A stretch of 64,000 nucleotides of DNA from the human T2T-CHM13v2.0 reference genome, Homo sapiens. The stretch is taken from assembly GCF_009914755.1 (NCBI RefSeq), contig NC_060925.1; one strand, written 5' to 3'. Made by a program: the position numbers and the translations under genes. This document shows positions 58,584 to 64,000 of the stretch, in pieces (position 1 is the stretch's first letter; each line of letters opens with the position of its first letter). The notes beneath the pieces were generated by a model, which worked only from the letters and a program-made list of their open reading frames with translations, was not told the origin of the DNA and ran no database searches.

Positions 58584-59315
58584 AAGTTCTCACTTTGCTC
58601 CTCTGTAAAAAGGGGATAATCAAACTTACCTGGCAACATAATTGTGAAGATTAAGTAAGATAATGGACATAAAGCTTGTAGTCTAGTTCCCAGGGATCAA
58701 AGGGTGCTTAATAAGTGATGGCTATTGCTGTTATCATCTTGCTGCACTTCAATGCAATTGAAATTGGTTTAAAAGTGAATAGAAACGGTTGGTTTCTTGA
58801 TGGATTCAATTCAGTTCAATTAAGTGTCCTTTTTTAGATGGCTTACCCTGGTAAGTGTCATGCTGAATACTTGATACAGATAGAAATTAAGCACTCTCTT
58901 CTCGCTAAGCTCTTCTTGTGCATTCTCAATTTTGCGTTGCAGCTTTCAACAAAAGCATCCCCTCACCCTTCCCAGTGATTCTAAATTTCTTTATCTACTC
59001 ATTTGAAGGTTAGTTTGACTTTCAAGCCTTTTGAGATCTGAGCATCATTCACCTTTGCGGTCTCACCTCTCACCCCTCTCTAATATACCACCCAGTTCTG
59101 TGAGGAAACACCATAATATCTTGGCTCTAGTATGTACCATTGCCACTGCCTGATACACATTCCTCTCCATTTCAGAGTCTTCCTCCTTCCTCCTGTGTAG
59201 TGGAGACGCAATACTCATCTGTCAGTGTTGGATGAGGATTTATGCATATAATTTTTTTGTCCGAAGAGCAGATGGAACCACACAGACCAGACTGCAGGAA
59301 AGAGAAGAGATAAAC

Positions 59316-60028
59316 AGTAGACTACCTTACCTGTGGTTTCACTTTCCAAGGTTTCAGTTATCTGCTGCCAACTGCAGTCTGAAAGTGTTATGAAAATTCC
59401 AGAAATAATCCATTACGTTTTAAATTGTGTGCCATTCTGAGTAGTGTGATGAAATCTTGCACCGTCTTGCTTGGTCCTGCCTGGGATATGCATCATCCCT
59501 TTGTCCAGTGTTATGTTACTGCATATTAGTCACTTAGTAGTTGTGTAAGTGATGAGATTGACTATCTTGGTTATTGCAGTGCTTGTGTTCAAGTGACCCT
59601 TATTTTACTTCATAATGGCCCCAAATCACAAGAGTAGTGATGCCAGCAACTTGGATATGCCAGAGAAAAGCTGCAGGGTGCTCCCTTTAAGTGAAAAGGC
59701 AAAAGTTCCTGACTTAATAAAAAAAAAGGAAAAAAAAATATTCCGAGGTTGTATAGATCTATGGTAAGAGTGAATCTTTTATCTGTGAAATTGTGAAGAA
59801 GGAAAAAGGGAATTCACGCTAGTTGTGCCATTACATCTCAGACGGCAAATGTTATGGCCACAGTGTGTAAGTGCTGTATTAAGATGGAAAAGGCTTCAGT
59901 TTGTGAGTGGAAGACATGAACAGAAACGTGTTCCAATTGATGGCAGTTGGGTTTGGTATTATCTGTGGTTTCAGACATCGACTGCAGGTCTTGGACTGTA
60001 TCCTCTATGGAAAAGAGGGGACTACTGT
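59316..60028. mobile_element. MER44/Tigger7 element
   Basis: CAGTAG...GGTTTCACTTTCCAAGGTTTCAGTTA start; GGGGACTACTGTA end; ~710 bp. Confidence 0.8.
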
Positions 60029-61203
60029 ACTAGCACCTGCATTGGCCAGATGCTAAGTAGAAACAGAAGCTGCCTTGAACTTAGGGAGGCCCTGGGTGTA
60101 CAGTGATTTTTCTATGCCATTTGTGGTGCCATTTCTGCAGCCCACCAGGGTGCAGCCTGCAGAAGGAAAGTCACACAGCTCTTTCCTCCCTCCAGGGGTC
60201 CTTACAATAATGAATGATGGCAAAGAGTCAAAGATAGGATGATGATAATGCCTACTTTTTATTGAGCACTTCTTGTAGATACATGCACATGTGTGTATTT
60301 CATTCTTAACAAGTATTATTGCAAAACTGAGGTTCAGAGAGGTTGCATCACACCCTTGAGCATGAAGAAGACAGGGAGGGTGGCTGTAATAATAGGGACA
60401 GTCCTCCAAAGCATGACATCCGACTCTTTTGATGGTTGGGCAGCTAGTGTGCCAGGGAAATAATTATCTGTCTCCTTAGCAACCCCCAATATTTGGCTTA
60501 GTTGTCATTGATGCATTTCAGTTATCTTCATGTCGTTAAAGAAATAGGTCTCAGGAAATTTAATCCAGCTAGCAGTGCTATGCCTAGAATTCAATTAACT
60601 CCATGATTTGCAATTAATGAGCCCTCATGCCAAGATTGAGGTCATAGCATTAATCTTACTTTTATTTTAGGATTTCCACTGTCATGATTTACAGCGAAAT
60701 CCAGCCAATCTTGTCAGGATTATTGGAGCATAATTAAGCCAGAAAGGCAGGCAGAACAGCTAGTTAACATGGGATCCAGGGAGGGACCACATACCTTTGC
60801 TTGGTAAGCCTACCTCAAGCAGGATGGGGCTACATATGAGGATTTCCATCTAAGGACTGTTTCCCAGATGCCTGATCTGTATACATTTCAAATCCCCATC
60901 CAATCTCCAAAGAAAATATTTCCGAGTCCCAGTTGGTGAGCCCTTGTGAGTTATGTTGTTGTTAATTCAATGCTACCACATCCACCTCCACCTCAAGTTG
61001 CCATTTACTAAGTTGTAAATGTAACAGACAGTGAGTGGGCTTTTACAGATGATGGATTTAATATCTGTGATGATTCTATGAGGAAGGTATCATAGGCCTT
61101 CTCTCTGTATAAGGTTATACAGCAAGTAAGTGGCCTTTCCACTGAACTGATGGAAGGTTGTGGCAGTTCCTAGCTGCAGACCATTTTTGTGCTTCTCTCC
61201 CTT

Positions 61204-61205
<2 letters not shown>

Positions 61206-61243
<38 letters not shown>
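61206..61243 (+). repeat. (GT)19 microsatellite
   Basis: Direct reading. Confidence 0.95.
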
Positions 61244-61245
<2 letters not shown>

Positions 61246-61329
61246 TTTGCCCATTAGGATCTCCTCCACTTTCCCATATAGAAATAAGAAGGTAGGCATG
61301 CATAGGCAAATATTGTTTATGATTGCCTT

Positions 61330-61540
61330 CTAGGTGACAAATACTCATCCATCATTATCTCATTTAATCATCGTATACATGGGAGGAGGATATTATCTAC
61401 CTCCATTTTACAGTTGAGAAAACTGAGGCTTAGAGAGATTTACTAGTTTGCCTGCTGTTACACAGATAGCAAGGAAGGAGAGTCAGTGTTGTGAATCCAG
61501 GTATGCTTGTTTGCAAATCCTAGGTTCTTTTAATCACAAC
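61330..61540. mobile_element. MIR
   Basis: CCATTTTACAGTTGAGAAAACTGAGGCTTAGAGAG core. Similar MIR cores near 11630, 15670, 21980, 31720, 47835, 49460 and 55200. Confidence 0.75.
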
Positions 61541-61586
61541 ACGCTAGTACTAAATAAATGCTTTTTCTCTTTTCCTGGTTCTCCAG

Positions 61587-61699
61587 GAGTGGTTATTATT
61601 GAGTCGAGAATTTTTGGGAAAAGTAACACGTGGAGAGTCAATTTTTGAGTGGAAGGAGTCTGAAGAGAGGGTAGGAACCAACCTCCTACTACCCACCAG
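61587..61699 (+). other. DNAJC6: Alternative 113-nt DNAJC6 cassette exon carrying a premature stop
   Basis: Branch-like TACTAAA 61548-61554, pyrimidine tract CTTTTTCTCTTTTCCTGGTTCTCCAG|, strong donor CAG|GTAAGG. Consistent with my recollection of a DNAJC6 variant with an extra non-coding exon (not verifiable here). Confidence 0.7.
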
Positions 61700-63691
61700 G
61701 TAAGGGTGTACTTTTGGCCTTTGGGATTTAGCCCATGTCTTCTGTATGTAGAGTGCAGATCCAGGTTGGCTACCATGTCTGGCCAACCAAGCACAGAAGC
61801 CAACCCCTCCCATTGACTTTACTTTTGCTCAGTGTTTGGTTTTTCCACAAGGGAGGGTAGTGGCCAGATGTTTATGAGAAGGTCTCCATAAGCCAAGTCC
61901 ACACCAGAAGCTGACCCCACAGCTAGCGGTAGCTTTCTTTGCCCTAGAGACCAGTGAAACAGAGGAGTAGCAGGTTCTCTTTGTACTTAGGTAGCAGATT
62001 TTCCTCCAAATGCTTGCTGTGGGTTTTTTGGGTTTTCTCCTAGGATTCACCTTCAGACTGTATCTGCCTCCCTGTGTAGTTAGCATTTAGAAGTGTCCTC
62101 ACTGGGTTTGCTTAGCCTCATTGAACATTTTTATGCCTGGCATGGCTTACTAGAGACTACCTATTGGAAGTGCCTACTAATACAATTTTCTGATAATTTA
62201 GATGCTGAAGGACTTCCTTGAAATTTTCTTCGGCTGGCTTGGGATGGAATACTTGCTTTTGAAATATGCCCTAAAGAGTGTGCTATCCCTGGGGAAATCC
62301 ACTTGTCTCAGGCAATATTAATCTGCTCTGCGAACAGCTTGTTGGAAATTTGCTGATAATCCATTTTTTTTTTGTCATTCCATATCTCAGTGTGAGAGAG
62401 TAAGAGAATTTGGTAAAAGTTCTTACTTTTTAGCTTGACCTTCTGAGGTCTGAGGAGCACTCACCTTCCCAGTCTCATCTTCCATCCCTCTCTAACACAC
62501 CCTCAAGTTCCCTGAGGAAACAACATTATATCCTGGTTCCAGTATGTATTATAGTTGGTGCCTTAGGAAAATTACTTTCTTTTTCAGAGACCCCTGCCCC
62601 ACCCTTCCTCATCTGCTTAGGGGAGACTGTAATACTCATCTTTCAGTGCTGGGTAAGCCTAGCATGTTCCCTAGTATGCTTATAATCAGAGCTCAGTTAT
62701 GATCCTTTCACTTTTATGTCTGTCCTTGACATGATGTTCTCTTAACCTTTGCTTGCTCTCCAACATTATTTTGTACTAAATAATGGACTAAAATGCCCTT
62801 CAGCCCATTTCCATCCAAACTGCAATTCAGGCATCACCTCTGCCATAAGCCATCCTCTTTCCAACAACCTTCAACACCACCCCCGCTCCACCACCCCTGC
62901 CTGCCACACACACACAGACATACACAGGCTGGAAATAAGCTCCTCAGAATGCTTATCTACTTTATATGCAACTTTATAATACTTCTTGGTGTGTCTAAAC
63001 AGTAGAAAATCAACTAATAATTATAATGCAGCACTGTGAGAGATATGAGAGAAAAAATACTAATGACTCAGAAGACTACATTTCATTGCTAAGTGGAAAT
63101 ATGGCAGGTCCAAATCTATACACAGTATCATCTTTATTTCTATGTATGTGGACACACAACACAAAATGTGTATATGTACGTATACACAAAAACAGAACTA
63201 AGAATGTAAGGATATATAGTCTCCAAAATGTTAACAGTGGTACCCTTGTTTATTTTCTTCTCTATCTTAATTTCATCTTCTTTGGTTTCAGTAGACCTCA
63301 GGGGTAGAGAAGTGAGTTAATCATACTGCTTTGCAGTCTTTATACGGCACAAGGCCCCGTCTGGTTTTATTGTAGATTTTCTTTTTTTTTTTTACTTCAT
63401 CAGCCTCAATTCCATCCTCCTCACCCAGCCATTTGGTTTCTTTCTGATGCTCTTTATGTATGTCCTTAAGTGTGCCCAAATTTTCCACATTCTTTATGTC
63501 TTCTATATTATAGATATATATGATATTATTGTGTAATGCAACGTATTTTAATGTATAAAATATAACAAAATATAGGTAATGTTTATATTTATATCTGAAT
63601 GAAACCTTTTTTCATAAATTAGAAACTGGAATTCATGTCTCTGCTTTTTACCTCTTTTCCCCGTTGTCTCCCCTCCCCTCAACACTGCAAT

Positions 63692-63745
63692 CACACACAC
63701 ATGCATGTGCACACACACACACGTGCACACATACACACACACACA
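63692..63745. repeat. Imperfect (CA)n microsatellite
   Basis: Direct reading. Confidence 0.85.
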
Positions 63746-64000
63746 AAAATGAAGATTTTCTTGACCAGTCGTACTTCCAGTTCCAAAATCTCAGGATTCC
63801 TTGTTGCATATATTGGTTGACTCCCTCCCTTGAGCTCTCTGATATATGGTTTTGTAAGAAGTTTTTAACATGATTTTTCTCAAGTAATTGAGCTCCTAGT
63901 TTTTAGCATAGTACAGCAGAGTTTGAACAGAGAATGACCAATGGCAATGCAGACAGCCTTATTGGACTAAGGATGGCATTTTCTGGTGATTCGTATGTTT

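Overview
Human genomic DNA, as shown by dense Alu/L1/L2/MIR/LTR content and a human-specific AluYb8. The window covers the 5' region of DNAJC6 (auxilin-1, the neuronal clathrin-uncoating co-chaperone; PARK19), on the + strand. The only clear protein-coding sequence is a CpG-island first exon (ATG 25723, donor after 25915, 193 coding nt, phase 1) encoding MSLLGSYRKKTSNDGYESLQLV...STMDSS(G), which I recognise as the N-terminus of the long auxilin isoform. From recall, the 25 kb upstream is intron of a more 5' DNAJC6 promoter outside the window. The next constitutive exon lies beyond the right edge. Also present: a COX6C processed pseudogene (- strand, ~14.6-15.05 kb), a 113-nt stop-containing cassette exon (61587-61699) and many transposon relics. 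I found no new multi-gene system. The most interesting signals are regulatory: (i) a near-consensus REST/RE1 silencer superimposed on a strong in-frame second start codon and ending at the exon-1 donor; (ii) a leader with two short uORFs and a weak first AUG; (iii) a poison exon next to a sense-strand (UG)19 tract, a candidate TDP-43/NMD switch; (iv) a pseudogene that appears to preserve the pre-anthropoid COX6C sequence. Repeat subfamily calls and boundaries were made by eye and are approximate.
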